Virus record (IMG/VR): IMGVR_UViG_3300050027_000006
Direction: 5' to 3' (one strand)
DNA from: a virus
DNA length: 64,000 bases
Part shown: one piece after another, positions 48,482 to 56,628 of the stretch
Numbering within the stretch: the first letter of the stretch is position 1
Layout of the letters: each line of letters opens with the position of its first letter
Notes under the pieces: model-generated
What the model was told of the DNA's origin: nothing
Database searches by the model: none
What the model saw: the letters and a program-made list of their open reading frames with translations, nothing else
Program-made: the position numbers and the translations under genes

Positions 48482-48831
48482 TGCGACCTGACCACATGAC
48501 TCTCGACATCACTCTCGGCTGCGAGACCTTCGGAGTGGCTGACCCCATCACCCTCGAAGATGGTACCGAGGTACCCGGTGAGCCGAACGTCGTCAAGATC
48601 TCGGGCAAGTTCGGAGAGGTCGACCCGCTGACCATCGAGGACGCAGCCGTGGTCCTGCCGAAGCTGGCCTTCATCTTCGAGGCCCTCGTGAAGGAGCACA
48701 ACGCTCGCAAGCAGGCAGAGGCACAGCGAGCCGCCATGATCGAGCAGGCCATCGCACAGCAAGCCGCACAACAGCAAGCCGCAGCACCTACCGACCAGGA
48801 GGTCACCGACGATGGAGCAGCTACCGACTGA
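48481..48831 (+). CDS. hypothetical protein
   Basis: TGATG coupling; internal Met of track ORF 48445. Confidence 0.6.
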   Translation: MRPDHMTLDITLGCETFGVADPITLEDGTEVPGEPNVVKISGKFGEVDPLTIEDAAVVLPKLAFIFEALVKEHNARKQAEAQRAAMIEQAIAQQAAQQQAAAPTDQEVTDDGAATD

Positions 48832-49174
48832 CGAGTGCCATGGACCGACCCGCAAGCTCACTGGCGCCTACGTCGGCTGCTCCTCGTGCGAGCCATACGT
48901 CGAGCTAGCCGAGACACGGGACAGCGCCTACCTCTATGGCGTGCAGTTCGATGACTTGGAGTACGAGGTCTACAACGGCGAGACCAAGCTCGAAGGCGTG
49001 TTGGAGGTCAAGGTCGGCGTGGGTGGCTACATCATCCAAGTGCGCCACACCCCCGACCCGCACATGTGCCCGTGCTACCTCCTCCCCGGCTCCGAGGGAG
49101 ATCCGAAGGTATGCCGTGCGTTCATCCCCGGCAACGACTTCTACGTGGTCGAGGTCCCCGAGGACGAGGACTGA
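48812..49174 (+). CDS. Cys-rich hypothetical protein
   Basis: ORF track; 120 codons. Confidence 0.6.
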   Translation: MEQLPTDECHGPTRKLTGAYVGCSSCEPYVELAETRDSAYLYGVQFDDLEYEVYNGETKLEGVLEVKVGVGGYIIQVRHTPDPHMCPCYLLPGSEGDPKVCRAFIPGNDFYVVEVPEDED

Positions 49175-49461
49175 TGACTAAGCTTGCCGAATGGGAGATC
49201 GAGAAGCTAGCGGCAGCCGCACAGATCTACGTCGATGCCTTCACCGAGAAGGATCGGATGACGTTGCCCGAGGCGATGTCGCTAACCTCTCTCAAGGACA
49301 TCTTGGAGAGGCTCGGCTATCCGCAGGAGTGGGACGAGACGCCCGTCGAGGAGACGCTTCCAATCTCGTCACTGTCCGGTCGCAACGTGTGGGTGTGCGG
49401 ATGCCCTGAGACCTGTGGCACGCCAGGCACACAGTGCATGAGGCCTCGTAGCTGGACGTAG
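49174..49461 (+). CDS. hypothetical protein
   Basis: TGATG coupling; internal Met of track ORF 49066. Confidence 0.6.
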   Translation: MTKLAEWEIEKLAAAAQIYVDAFTEKDRMTLPEAMSLTSLKDILERLGYPQEWDETPVEETLPISSLSGRNVWVCGCPETCGTPGTQCMRPRSWT

Positions 49462-49481
49462 GCACGGATCTCTGCTACACT
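49453..49481 (+). promoter_or_regulatory. putative promoter TGGACG-N17-cTGcTACACT
   Basis: Lies in the 82-nt gap before the ClpP-like gene. The extended -10 resembles the cTGcTATACT boxes at 25196 and 62278. Confidence 0.4.
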
Positions 49482-49543
49482 ATAGCCCTCTCGTTTCACC
49501 CTGAAAGGCAGTACCCACCCAACCAGCAAGGAGCAGCACCGCA

Positions 49544-50317
49544 ATGGCCAAGGATGATGTCGTAGACCCGCCCGAACTCGTAGCTGCGAAGGTCAGTGCC
49601 CTCGACGCTGAGGCTAAGAAGTACGCCGCCGAGGCTGCCAAGTTCAAGCAGGAGGGTGCCGAGGCCGCTGCCAATGCCCGCCTCAAGAACGCCGAGGCCG
49701 AGGAGTCCGAGATCGAGCTAGAGGTCCGCAAGGAGAAGCGGGAGATCGAGAAGACGGACAACCGCTACTTCCACTTCTACCCGTTCAACGACAACGTGTC
49801 GGGCACGAGCGTCAAGTCCTGCATCGATCAGTTGACGAAGTGGATGCGCCTAGAGCCGGGCTGCGACATCGAGATCCAGTTCAACTCCCCCGGTGGCGAG
49901 GTCATCGCTGGACTGGCCCTCTTCGACTTCATCCAGACGGTGCGTGCTGCTGGTCACCACGTCACCACCTCGACCATCGGCTACGCCGCCTCGATGGCCG
50001 GTGTGCTCCTTCAGGCCGGTGACAAGCGAGTCATGGGCGCCGAGTCGTGGCTCATGCTGCACGAGGCATCCTTCGGCTCGCAGGGCAAGACCTCCGAGGT
50101 CGAGGATCGTGTCGAGTGGATCAAGCGAGTGCAGGATCGCTTCCTCAACATCTTCGCTGACCGCTGCAAGGGTGCGAACCCCGAGACGGCCACCAAGGCG
50201 CTCAAGAAGGCACAGATCAAGACCAAGTGGACTCGCACCGACTTTTGGGTCGACAGCGACGAGGCACTCGCCTACGGCCTCATCGATGAGATCCGCTCTT
50301 ACCCGTTCGAGTCGTAA
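49544..50317 (+). CDS. ClpP-family (S14) serine protease with N-terminal coiled-coil extension
   Basis: FNSPGGEVIAG, catalytic-Ser context GYAASMAG, His context WLMLHE, C-terminal SDEALAYGLIDEI. RBS AAGGAG. Confidence 0.75.
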   Translation: MAKDDVVDPPELVAAKVSALDAEAKKYAAEAAKFKQEGAEAAANARLKNAEAEESEIELEVRKEKREIEKTDNRYFHFYPFNDNVSGTSVKSCIDQLTKWMRLEPGCDIEIQFNSPGGEVIAGLALFDFIQTVRAAGHHVTTSTIGYAASMAGVLLQAGDKRVMGAESWLMLHEASFGSQGKTSEVEDRVEWIKRVQDRFLNIFADRCKGANPETATKALKKAQIKTKWTRTDFWVDSDEALAYGLIDEIRSYPFES

Positions 50318-50512
50318 GTGCTCGCACACGTCATAAACTCCATCTACGTCGTGGTACTGGTCGTGTACTACTTCCCGTTCGCCATGACGCTGGTCACCAC
50401 GACCGGTGTCGATGCGGGAGTGCTGGACAGCTACCCGGCGTGGGTGGACGACACATCGTGGAAGGGCTTCTGGCTCTCACCGTTCCGTATGGTGAAGGAC
50501 TTCCTCGACTGA
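50318..50512 (+). CDS. small membrane protein
   Basis: GTG immediately after the upstream TAA. Hydrophobic segment VINSIYVVVLVVYYFPFAMTLV. Confidence 0.5.
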   Translation: MLAHVINSIYVVVLVVYYFPFAMTLVTTTGVDAGVLDSYPAWVDDTSWKGFWLSPFRMVKDFLD

Positions 50513-50550
50513 AGGCAGTGTCCGATGCCCCGTAGGACCAGCTAAGTAGT

Positions 50551-50847
50551 ATGCGCACCCCTCTCGAAGACATCACATCAGGCGACATGACGCCAGAGGA
50601 GCGCATCCTAGTTCAGCAGGCGCTCAGGAGCCTCCGACGCTACGTGCTCGTGGCCCTCACTTGCCTCGTGGGACTGGTCGCTCTCGGCATCATCATCGTC
50701 ATCACGCAGAACATCGCCAGCCACGATCAAGTCATCCACGCAGCCAACACGACTCATAGCCTTCTGCACCAGCTACAGGCAACTCTAGCACAGGACAAGT
50801 GCGAGATCATCCACGGGCAGAACTACCACTGCCCACTACCTAAGTAG
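50551..50847 (+). CDS. membrane protein
   Basis: ORF track; TM segment YVLVALTCLVGLVALGIIIVI. Confidence 0.6.
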   Translation: MRTPLEDITSGDMTPEERILVQQALRSLRRYVLVALTCLVGLVALGIIIVITQNIASHDQVIHAANTTHSLLHQLQATLAQDKCEIIHGQNYHCPLPK

Positions 50848-50861
50848 AGAGGACACTACCC

Positions 50862-51032
50862 ATGGCACAGTACGGCATCATCTTCGAGACAGACCTGACG
50901 AAGGAGGAGCTACAGCAGTCCCTCCACGAGGACGGCGTGCTCAAGCATCTGTCCAACTACGGCGCCTTCCCTCACGTCGTCTCCATGGCCCCTGTGCCTG
51001 CCGAGGCGACGACTGACCAGCCGACAGCGTAG
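50862..51032 (+). CDS. 56-aa hypothetical protein
   Basis: RBS AGAGGA; MAQYGIIFETDLTKEELQQSLHEDGVLKHL.... Below the track cutoff. Confidence 0.5.
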   Translation: MAQYGIIFETDLTKEELQQSLHEDGVLKHLSNYGAFPHVVSMAPVPAEATTDQPTA

Positions 51033-51063
51033 AACGCCTCCTGCGGGCGTCTAGGGGTCTCTC

Positions 51064-51276
51064 GTGGCACGTAAGCCGGTCCTCTACCCCAAGCGCAAGC
51101 CACCGAAGCCGGGTGGGTGCCATTGTCACTGTCACTCGTCTATGACCGAATGGCCCCATGGCAAAGACAACAACTGCTGCTGCGACCACCGCTGGCGACC
51201 TCTCGGTTCGTGCCCTACGTGCGAGCTTGACCATCCTGGGCAAGACCGCATCGGTGGCGTGGTCCACGATCGGTGA
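51064..51276 (+). CDS. possible Cys/His-rich protein (CHCHCH..CCC..CPTC); coding frame ambiguous
   Basis: GTG ORF in the track. A competing 54-codon ORF (51158-51322, another frame) has similar third-position GC. Neither has a good RBS. Confidence 0.3.
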   Translation: MARKPVLYPKRKPPKPGGCHCHCHSSMTEWPHGKDNNCCCDHRWRPLGSCPTCELDHPGQDRIGGVVHDR

Positions 51277-51318
51277 GATCGAGTACAGGATCATCGGCAA
51301 GATCTTTCGTGGTTGGGG

Positions 51319-51347
51319 TTGACTTCGTAGGGTCGTGAGCGTAAAGT
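51319..51347 (+). promoter_or_regulatory. sigma70-type promoter TTGACT-N17-TAAAGT
   Basis: Near-consensus boxes. ATG 51355 lies 7 nt downstream, suggesting a leaderless mRNA. Confidence 0.6.
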
Positions 51348-51354
51348 AACTCCC

Positions 51355-51582
51355 ATGACCACTGACAACGCAACAGACGCCCGGAACCGCTGGACCGAAT
51401 GGCCCCCGGTTCCCCGACCCACCACCAACGGAGCCGCTGGCCTCGCTGAGTGGGCTGCTGGCAAGCCCGCCGTCGAGATCACCCCTGAGGATGTGCCCCA
51501 CGTCACCGTGTGCGGCACATGCGGGATCGCCATCAGCGCCCGTCGCTCCCTCTGCACCTTCTGCCAGGCGGTGCAGTCATGA
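51355..51582 (+). CDS. Zn-ribbon mini-protein
   Basis: CGTCG..CTFC. Leaderless-type promoter upstream. Confidence 0.6.
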   Translation: MTTDNATDARNRWTEWPPVPRPTTNGAAGLAEWAAGKPAVEITPEDVPHVTVCGTCGIAISARRSLCTFCQAVQS

Positions 51583-52049
51583 ACCTCTCCGAAGCTCAGC
51601 ATCTCGCCAAGGCCCTCATGAAGGACTTCGGCATCGAGGACAAGGGCTGGCGGTTCGCCTGGGACAACGCCAAGCGGCGCCACGGCCAGACCCGGTTCGC
51701 CACCAAGACCATCTCCCTCAGCCGTCCGCTCACGCAGATCAACGAGGATGCCGTGGTCGAGAACACCATCCGGCACGAGATCGCTCACGTGCTCGCAGGG
51801 CCGTCGCACGGACACGACGCCACGTGGAGGGCCTTCGCCCGTCAGTGTGGCGCCAAGCCCGAGCGCTGCTGCTCTGAGGGCGTGGGAGTCGAGGCCCCCA
51901 TCGAGGGCCGCTGCTCGAACCCCCGGTGCGACCACGTGCACCCCCGGCACCGTATGCCCAAGGCGGGCGTCCGACACGTGTGTAATGCACCCGCTTGCCA
52001 TTCACTGCCTCGGGAGAGTAGGATCATCACATGGCATCGGGCACGGTAG
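51579..52049 (+). CDS. SprT-like zinc metalloprotease
   Basis: ATGA coupling. HEIAH motif followed by GHDATW. C-terminal Cys cluster. Confidence 0.7.
   Translation: MNLSEAQHLAKALMKDFGIEDKGWRFAWDNAKRRHGQTRFATKTISLSRPLTQINEDAVVENTIRHEIAHVLAGPSHGHDATWRAFARQCGAKPERCCSEGVGVEAPIEGRCSNPRCDHVHPRHRMPKAGVRHVCNAPACHSLPRESRIITWHRAR
51995..52024 (+). promoter_or_regulatory. putative promoter TTGCCA-N18-TAGGAT
   Basis: Lies inside the end of the SprT-like gene. The -10 is 6 nt before ATG 52031. Confidence 0.5.
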
Positions 52050-52471
52050 AGCGTAAGGCTCAGGTGCGAGCAGCGATGGCACGCTATCGCCTGCGCCACC
52101 CTGATCGAGTCAAAGCCTCTCAGGAGAAGTGGAAGGCCGATCACCCCGAAGAGTTCCGAGCTTCGCAGAGAAGGAACGATGCCTACCAGTACGCCAAGGC
52201 TCCCGAGAAGTCTGCCGACAAGAAGCTTGCTCGTGCAGCACGCCTCGCTGGCAGACGAGTAGAGAAGATCAGCCGTACCAAGATCTTCGAGCGAGACGGC
52301 TGGGTCTGTCAGATCTGCATGGAGCCTATCGATCGTACCCTCAAGAAGCCCGATCTGATGAGAGCTTCCATCGACCACATCCAGCCGATCAGCAAGGGTG
52401 GACATCACACGGTTGACAATGTGCAGGCATCTCACCTACTATGCAACTTGAGGAAAGGAAACAGGTCATGA
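52031..52471 (+). CDS. HNH homing endonuclease
   Basis: SIDHIQPISKGGHHTVDNVQASHLLCNLRKG. Close paralog of 36683. Confidence 0.85.
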   Translation: MASGTVERKAQVRAAMARYRLRHPDRVKASQEKWKADHPEEFRASQRRNDAYQYAKAPEKSADKKLARAARLAGRRVEKISRTKIFERDGWVCQICMEPIDRTLKKPDLMRASIDHIQPISKGGHHTVDNVQASHLLCNLRKGNRS

Positions 52472-52701
52472 GCACATCCATCGAGACCCTCAAGGCGTTC
52501 GTCGCACAGCTTCCCACTGACCACCGGGACTACTCCGGCGTGCAGCGTGCGATCGAGATCCTTGAGAACTACAAGCCCGACCCCAACCTCTTCGCCCCGT
52601 GCTGTGCCCACTGTGGGTGCCCCGAGGGTGACCGCATCGGACACGACGACTACTGCGCCGTGCAGTTCTGCCCCGCAGATACGACAGGAGGACAGTCATG
52701 A
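52468..52701 (+). CDS. Cys-rich hypothetical protein
   Basis: ATGA coupling; CCAHCGC. Confidence 0.55.
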   Translation: MSTSIETLKAFVAQLPTDHRDYSGVQRAIEILENYKPDPNLFAPCCAHCGCPEGDRIGHDDYCAVQFCPADTTGGQS

Positions 52702-52982
52702 ACGTCGAGATCGTAGGACCGAACCTACACCCCACTGTGAGCCAGGGCGAGGACTTCCATGTCCACGCAGCCGGGTGCTCCGACCTTCGCCGCTACGGCC
52801 TCATGAGGGACCAGCGGGGCGACCTGCGGTGGACCTTCGAAGCTGCCAACGACGAGGAGATCGTCACTGAGATCTACGCCGACTTCCTGCCCTACGGGGA
52901 TGACGGCGAACTCAACACCTGGGTCGACTTCGCAGACACCGTGCGGATCTTCCCCTGCGTATGGGAGGACATCGAGCTATGA
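52698..52982 (+). CDS. hypothetical protein
   Basis: ATGA coupling; 94 codons. Confidence 0.6.
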   Translation: MNVEIVGPNLHPTVSQGEDFHVHAAGCSDLRRYGLMRDQRGDLRWTFEAANDEEIVTEIYADFLPYGDDGELNTWVDFADTVRIFPCVWEDIEL

Positions 52983-53185
52983 GCTACCATGATTATGAAG
53001 TATCGAAGGAACTCGTCACCACCAATCCGCCGTTCGCTGCGCTCATTATGGCTGCGGCACGCAAGGCTGACAGCCTCAACTTCGCCAAGCTTGAATCGGC
53101 ATTTCGTCCGATCATCAGGGAGTTGCAAGAGCGATACGACGCACCGGGTGGATTCATTGATACCGAAGCTGAGGCGCAGTCATGA
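52979..53185 (+). CDS. hypothetical protein
   Basis: ATGA coupling; internal Met of track ORF 52961. Confidence 0.55.
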   Translation: MSYHDYEVSKELVTTNPPFAALIMAAARKADSLNFAKLESAFRPIIRELQERYDAPGGFIDTEAEAQS

Positions 53186-53370
53186 GTGGGTGGGTGGAGA
53201 AGAGGTTTCTGCCCCCGGATACAGAGGAGCACTGTGCAGTCTGCGGTCGTTCCGTTCGATATCTGATTGGCACCGTTAGTCAACCCGAGGGTTATGTCCA
53301 TAGCGACACTCCCATCGGACGCTATTTTCAACTTCCCTCACCACATGCTGCCAGAGTGGAGGGGCTATGA
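53182..53370 (+). CDS. hypothetical protein
   Basis: ATGA coupling; lower GC. Confidence 0.5.
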   Translation: MSGWVEKRFLPPDTEEHCAVCGRSVRYLIGTVSQPEGYVHSDTPIGRYFQLPSPHAARVEGL

Positions 53371-53504
53371 ACATTCCCGAGACCCTAACCGAGTGGATGA
53401 CCAACGCCAGCGATGATACACTCAGTCGCATCGTGCGAGGTGGCATCCCCCAACAACTCGCCATCATCACCTTGGCCAAGCAAGAACAGGAACGGAGAGC
53501 ATGA
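53367..53504 (+). CDS. 45-aa hypothetical protein
   Basis: ATGA coupling at both ends; MNIPETLTEWMTNASDDTLSRIV.... Confidence 0.45.
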   Translation: MNIPETLTEWMTNASDDTLSRIVRGGIPQQLAIITLAKQEQERRA

Positions 53505-53728
53505 TGGAGATCCTCAGCGTCGAGACGACCGAGCTTGGTGGGCTGCCAGCCACCCGAGTTCGGTACAAGGGTTCGAGCAACTATAGCCCGAGCGCCATCT
53601 ATGTCGACGGCTGCCGAACCTGTGACAGTGAGCGGGCGGCTGGCGATACGTGCTTCCCTGACCACTTCGCCAGCGACCGGTGCGAGAGCGGCAAGCACAC
53701 TCATTGCTCGTGTGATCGTTGCTTCTGA
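53501..53728 (+). CDS. Cys-rich hypothetical protein
   Basis: ORF track; CRTC..CSCDRC. Confidence 0.55.
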   Translation: MMEILSVETTELGGLPATRVRYKGSSNYSPSAIYVDGCRTCDSERAAGDTCFPDHFASDRCESGKHTHCSCDRCF

Positions 53729-53970
53729 TGAAGAAGATCACCACCTACTCCGGCAGCGTCTACCTCTTCGATGAGGAGGCCATGACGATGAGCCGCAAGC
53801 CCGCCGAGGACGGTAGCAAGCTCCGCCTCGATGAGCAGATGGTCCCTGTGGTCGAGGTCATCACCATGGAGGTCGGCGTGATCGGTGAGTGGCTGCTCGA
53901 CCGACAGCGCAAGGACGGCTGCCACACCTACCGACGCACCACCGCCATCCAGTCGATCGAGGAAGTCTGA
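53728..53970 (+). CDS. hypothetical protein
   Basis: TGATG coupling (MKKITTYSG...). Confidence 0.55.
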   Translation: MKKITTYSGSVYLFDEEAMTMSRKPAEDGSKLRLDEQMVPVVEVITMEVGVIGEWLLDRQRKDGCHTYRRTTAIQSIEEV

Positions 53971-54176
53971 TGCTATCGATCGGCAGCACGCAGGGGATGG
54001 CCATGCCGTGCTCCGGCGATGCACCCGAGAGGGTCGAGGTGGTGCGCACCGACTCATGGCGCCGCCCCATCGAGCTTCGTGGGTGGTCCGCAGCCCGGAC
54101 GCCCTCGCAGATGAAGCTCACCCGAGACCAGGCCATCCAGCTTCGAGACATCCTCGACAAGGCGCTGTGGTCATGA
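53970..54176 (+). CDS. hypothetical protein
   Basis: TGATG coupling; internal Met of track ORF 53889. Confidence 0.5.
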   Translation: MLSIGSTQGMAMPCSGDAPERVEVVRTDSWRRPIELRGWSAARTPSQMKLTRDQAIQLRDILDKALWS

Positions 54177-54331
54177 CCTACTCACGAGACGACGGTGCCA
54201 GCCAGGAGGTCGTGGACCAGCGTGAGCTAGTCGACATGATGTACGACTTGCGCAACGGCGGAGGCAACGCCTACAGTCGCTACCAGACCGAGCTAATGGT
54301 CTTGGATCGACTTACAGGAGGTAAGGGATGA
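54173..54331 (+). CDS. 52-aa hypothetical protein
   Basis: ATGA coupling; C-terminal part of track ORF 53885. Confidence 0.5.
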   Translation: MTYSRDDGASQEVVDQRELVDMMYDLRNGGGNAYSRYQTELMVLDRLTGGKG

Positions 54332-54504
54332 TCTGCTGCCCTGTCTACAACTGCGGAAGCGAGAACGTCATCCGACTGACCCCGGTGCACCTGCACTACA
54401 AGTGCCTCGACTGCCGCCACGAGTTCTACGACTACGTTGACCTCGATGAGTGGTACGACGACGACTACGAGCAGAAGGCAGATGAGTATGCTGGCGCCAA
54501 CTAA
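54328..54504 (+). CDS. 58-aa Zn-ribbon protein
   Basis: ATGA coupling; MICCPVYNCGSENV...YKCLDCRHEF. Confidence 0.5.
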   Translation: MICCPVYNCGSENVIRLTPVHLHYKCLDCRHEFYDYVDLDEWYDDDYEQKADEYAGAN

Positions 54505-54742
54505 GGAAGAGCTACAGGACCACCTGGCCAAGCTCGAAGAGTCGCACGGGTTGCTCATCCGCAACTACGCCATCATCGTGGACCAGAAGAACGACCTCAT
54601 CCAAGAGAACCGTCGCCTGCGCAAGAAGCTGCTGCGTCGGTCGAACTTCGTCATCCGCTTGCTCAACATGGAGCGAGCCAACCGCCGAGCGGGGAAGCTC
54701 GACCTGTCATGCGTAGAGGACTACGGAGAGGACTACGAGTAA
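54482..54742 (+). CDS. coiled-coil protein
   Basis: Internal Met of track ORF 54437; GAAGG upstream. Confidence 0.5.
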   Translation: MSMLAPTKEELQDHLAKLEESHGLLIRNYAIIVDQKNDLIQENRRLRKKLLRRSNFVIRLLNMERANRRAGKLDLSCVEDYGEDYE

Positions 54743-54936
54743 TGGGACGGCATGTGCTGGACCCCGAGGACTATGGGCATGAGACGGGTCACTCGACCCG
54801 CTCGTCCAACACGATCAGCCAGAGCCGCCGAGGCCCCGGCGTGTGGGAGGACGATTGGATGGTCGACGCCGACATGGCCGTGACCCTCGAAGAGTTCCAC
54901 GAGAAGGCAGCGAAGGCAGACAGGTGGCGCAAGTGA
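54742..54936 (+). CDS. hypothetical protein
   Basis: TAATG coupling. Confidence 0.5.
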   Translation: MGRHVLDPEDYGHETGHSTRSSNTISQSRRGPGVWEDDWMVDADMAVTLEEFHEKAAKADRWRK

Positions 54937-55097
54937 TGCGCAAGCTCTGCGGCGTGATCGACCATGGCTCCCAGTGCGTGCTCGAACGTGACCACCACTA
55001 CGAGCACTGTGACCCGCAAGGCCGGGAGTGGTGGAACGATCTTCCCGTGAAGAAGTGGTTGCAAGAGACCGAGGGATATGTTAGGGTCGAGCTATGA
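54936..55097 (+). CDS. 53-aa hypothetical protein
   Basis: TGATG coupling; internal Met of track ORF 54843. Confidence 0.5.
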   Translation: MRKLCGVIDHGSQCVLERDHHYEHCDPQGREWWNDLPVKKWLQETEGYVRVEL

Positions 55098-55409
55098 GAT
55101 ACGCACCGAAGTACATCGACCGGTCCCGTTGCTACGTCGTCTACGACCGTGACTTCGAGACCAACGCCGCCCTGGCGCACACCGACATCCCGCTGACGCT
55201 AGCGGAGCGTGCGGATGCCCAGGCCATCTGTGACGATCTCAACGAGGGCCTCGGTCCAGTGGGGCACTCGGGTGCACTACAAGGGCAAGTGGCAGAACAA
55301 GGATGGCTCGTGGAGCAAGGTCGAGTCCGACATCTACGGCGAGCTTCACCCCGTGGGCTGGGAGCCGACGCCAGTGCCAGCCCGAACCGTCACGAGCGAC
55401 ATGCTATGA
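55094..55409 (+). pseudogene. gene split by a +1 frame change at a G4 run (55261-55264)
   Basis: Frame a (ATGA-coupled start 55094) is protein-like up to ...DDLNEGLGP, then turns Arg/Ala/Ser/Pro-rich. Frame b becomes protein-like at VQWGTRVHYKGKWQNKDGSW and ends in an ATGA overlap at 55406-55409. Removing one G would give a continuous 104-codon ORF. Confidence 0.5.
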
Positions 55410-55540
55410 GCAAGGCTCCCGTGAAGTGCCTCTACTGCGACGGCAAGGACCCCAACTGTGGGTTCTGCCAGGACGGCATCCCGCTCGACACGCAGAAGGA
55501 CTGGGACAACTCCTGGGGAAGGATCTTCGATGAGCACTGA
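55406..55540 (+). CDS. 44-aa Zn-finger protein
   Basis: ATGA overlap with the stop of the 55209..55409 frame; MSKAPVKCLYCDGKDPNCGFCQDG. Confidence 0.5.
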   Translation: MSKAPVKCLYCDGKDPNCGFCQDGIPLDTQKDWDNSWGRIFDEH

Positions 55541-55850
55541 GACGCACGAGACAGCGACAGGCGCCTCCGCCGTCGTCCAGCGTGGCGAGTACGGGCGCAA
55601 GGTCATCGAGCAGTGCCACATCCTCTACCACCTCCACGAGGAGGGACCGTGCACGGGCAACTGTGGCATCGTGCCCGCCGACTTCCGCATCGCCGCTGAG
55701 CGGATCGTGCAGCTTGAGGAGGCGCTGAGAAGCCGGGACCAGGAGATCGTGGAGCTACACGGAGAGGTCTCGCACTGGCGTGATGAGGCTGTCGCCGCCA
55801 CGGGCGACGCCGCCTACTGGGAAGGGAAGGCAACCGATGGAGCAAGTTGA
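55530..55850 (+). CDS. hypothetical protein
   Basis: Internal Met (MSTETHET) of track ORF 55458. Confidence 0.55.
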   Translation: MSTETHETATGASAVVQRGEYGRKVIEQCHILYHLHEEGPCTGNCGIVPADFRIAAERIVQLEEALRSRDQEIVELHGEVSHWRDEAVAATGDAAYWEGKATDGAS

Positions 55851-56145
55851 CGAGGAGATGCTGCACATCCTCAGTATGGACCCCGGCGCCTACGTGGGGT
55901 TCAGCCACTACACGAAGACGTGGTACGTCCATACAGTCCTCGCAGAGAAGTTGGAAGGCGGCTCGGCATCCATCCAGACTCACGCAGACACCCCTGCGGG
56001 TGCGGTAGATCGAGCCTTCTGCTCTCTCGGGAAGATCGACACCATCATGAAGGACGGCTACACCAGCGAGAGCGAGAGTGTCTACTACCGCTGGAACGGC
56101 GTGTGCTTCGCCGTCGTGCCCATCCTGAGGACAGCGAATGCCTGA
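55837..56145 (+). CDS. hypothetical protein
   Basis: RBS GGGAAGGGAAGG; internal Met (MEQVDEEM) of track ORF 55780. Confidence 0.6.
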   Translation: MEQVDEEMLHILSMDPGAYVGFSHYTKTWYVHTVLAEKLEGGSASIQTHADTPAGAVDRAFCSLGKIDTIMKDGYTSESESVYYRWNGVCFAVVPILRTANA

Positions 56146-56308
56146 CCAGGCCTACCGCCTAGAGGACGACACCTCGACCGGACGAGTCGACGTGTACGGC
56201 AACGAGTGGTTCGCCTGCGACCCCTACCCCACGTGGTATCGGTGGGTTGGCGGCATCCTCTTCACCGAGGAATACCCGATCGAATGGATGGACGGCCATG
56301 GCTCTTGA
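56138..56308 (+). CDS. 56-aa hypothetical protein
   Basis: MPDQAYRLEDDTSTGRVDVYGNEWFACDPYPTWYRW.... Short overlaps with both neighbours. Confidence 0.45.
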   Translation: MPDQAYRLEDDTSTGRVDVYGNEWFACDPYPTWYRWVGGILFTEEYPIEWMDGHGS

Positions 56309-56549
56309 CTGGGAGGCGACCCTCCGGGGCTTCGAGGAGAACCTCGACGGCGTAGCGAGCATCGGCAGCATCGCTCGTGCCGCCATCGCCATCCGCTACC
56401 AGTCCAACGTCCTGTCGGCGGATGCAGAAGAAGTTGTGTTGATGCTTGACACGGACCTATGGGATGAGCTAGACAGTCAGATACAGATGTTCATGACCTA
56501 CATGACCATGGGCGAAGAGCTACCAGAGATCCAACCACCAACCGAGTGA
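56298..56549 (+). CDS. hypothetical protein
   Basis: Internal Met (MALDWEATL) of track ORF 56247. Confidence 0.55.
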   Translation: MALDWEATLRGFEENLDGVASIGSIARAAIAIRYQSNVLSADAEEVVLMLDTDLWDELDSQIQMFMTYMTMGEELPEIQPPTE

Positions 56550-56555
56550 TGCTGG

Positions 56556-56598
56556 CCTGAGAGTGGGGGAGTACCCTGCCCCGCTCCCCGCTCTCAGG
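56556..56598 (+). terminator. interrupted hairpin (8-bp outer + 5-bp inner stem)
   Basis: CCTGAGAG..GGGGA-N14-TCCCC..CTCTCAGG, 7 nt after the stop at 56549. Confidence 0.4.
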
Positions 56599-56628
56599 GC
56601 ACTATCACTCAGACACAAGGAGGCCATC

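Noticed and set aside
50941-51501. 186-codon minus-strand ORF.
   Set aside because: It overlaps the well-supported small + gene 50862-51032 and the 51319 promoter/51355 start. Its Arg/Gly/Pro-rich composition is typical of shadow sequence.
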